From: Amoebidium appalachense
Taxonomy: Eukaryota > Protista > Ichthyosporea
Length of the DNA stretch: 64,000 nucleotides
Direction: 5' to 3'
Assembly (NCBI GenBank): GCA_963693365.1
Contig: CAVNZM010000002.1
Location: forward strand, 2,558,259-2,622,258
Positions 59,531-64,000 of this stretch are shown here, in pieces (within the stretch, counting starts at the first letter, position 1; each line of letters starts with the position of its first letter). The translations under genes were made by a program, and so were the position numbers. A model generated the notes under the pieces. The model did no database searches, was not told where the DNA came from, and worked only from the letters and a program-made list of their open reading frames with translations.

Positions 59531-60865
59531 TTTTGAAGTCCCTCGCCTCGAAGCAACACAGGCTGGCAGAATAATGGGAGGCAAGACAGTATATACCGTA
59601 TATTCTATGCTCAAAGATCGAGGCTAGACTTTGGGCTGGGTCTGCAGGGCAAAGTGAATGTTGAAGATACACATTTTGTGCTTTTATACTTGACTGAGTG
59701 ATATAAAAACAGATTCCAGTCACCGTGGCAGTGCAGTGTAGATCGACATGTGACTGCATGAGGCAACACGAAGTCGTGTGCATCGATGATGAACGGCCAC
59801 GTAATAAATATGACGACACAAATTGACAGGCAAACCCAGTTTTGATAGACCAGGGGGGAGCTCGGTGGAGGCAAGCACTGGCTTAGGCTGTATTATTATG
59901 GTGTGCCCGTAACGTGTATGTTTCTGTTATACCAGCTAATGTGCATATCCATCATGCGGCCACATGACTGTGCCTAGCCTAAGGGCGCCCTCATGGTGCA
60001 AAAAAACACTTTGTGAATTATCTTACTGCCCTTGCTTAGAGTGATTGAAAACGCTGTAGAGATAGCTACTGTATCTTGACGGCAAGGGAATCTCAATACA
60101 TGTACATGTCACATAAACAACCTTTTTGACAAGGTCCTGTCTCCCAATTGCAATCGTAAATTACGGACCCCAACGTTCGTTGCTACTTGAATGAAAGGGC
60201 TTTCTCATGACGTGAAAGTTTACGTAGTTCTAGTAGAACTGAACCGTACGTGATGGGTTTTCCCATGGTTCAGAACATGTTTGTTTACTTATGTAATCGA
60301 CGGTCACCATTAGTACATGTACTGTACTAGTAGGCTCAGTTCAAGGGCCTGCTACGTATCGTATTACGTTACGTAAAAGTTGCAGCTTGGGCTACATATT
60401 CAGTTAGCATATTTCACTGACAGTCTGAGAATATGTCAACACGAAAACTGAAGGTGTATAAAAGCATCCCCGCACTACAAGATTGCACCCTATTTCAAAA
60501 TCAGTCCGGGTATACGTAGCTATAGCAGCTCTAGAGTTTCTTTACCCCCTCTCCGGTTTGTCAGACATATATACACGTAGATTTAGGTCACCACCTCACA
60601 ATATTTCGGCTGGTTATGATGATAGGTGCACACAAGTTGCATGAATATATACTTTTTTTTTGGGTTAAACGCAGACATCCGCTGAACAGTTTAACAGTAC
60701 TAGTACTAGTAGTTGCTTGTCATGTTCTTGTCCAGGACCTGTGAGTGGGTGTGTTCACTTGTGGCCAAAGCCTACATCTTTGCAACAAGTGGTCGAGACT
60801 TTGAAGAGGAGCTCGAGCAACGTTAACAGCAGCTCTGCTACGTTCACGCCCCCAAGAACGGCACC
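59531..60865. promoter_or_regulatory. Divergent intergenic/promoter region between the VWA-GTPase gene and its + strand neighbour
   Basis: Head-to-head start codons about 1.3 kb apart. The region lacks microsatellites and contains a TATAAAA near 60457. Confidence 0.45.

Positions 60866-64000
<3,135 letters not shown>

Overview
Intron-rich eukaryotic genomic DNA. An animal-like Cabin1 plus EGF and VWA modules suggest a holozoan, possibly unicellular; this is inference only. Almost all ORFs in the supplied track are artefacts of poly-G/poly-C and (GT)n/(CA)n tracts. By reading GT-AG boundaries and codon phases by hand I rebuilt five spliced genes. (1) Cabin1 (HIRA histone-chaperone subunit), minus strand, 28753 to beyond the window start; one intron holds a tRNA-Ala(CGC) and a TTAA-flanked foldback element. 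(2) A divergent orphan gene of about 499 aa (29691-35590, +) with a 70-bp repeat array built from its own splice donor. (3) A secreted protein of about 503 aa: signal peptide, carboxypeptidase-regulatory-like domain, 6 EGF repeats, second carboxypeptidase-regulatory-like domain (46141-36985, -). (4) An intracellular protein of about 668 aa fusing an intact-MIDAS VWA domain, a beta-rich domain, an IFI44-like P-loop GTPase and a ubiquitin-like tail (59530-50580, -). (5) Its head-to-head neighbour, a coiled-coil plus alpha/beta protein (60866 to beyond the window end, +). The best candidate for a new system is the VWA-IFI44-like GTPase locus with its divergent partner (possible cell-autonomous immunity). 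There is also an unusual intron grammar: poly-C just after donors, and (CA)n or poly-A directly before acceptors. All homology calls are from memory of the families, not from searches. Homopolymer lengths may be unreliable.
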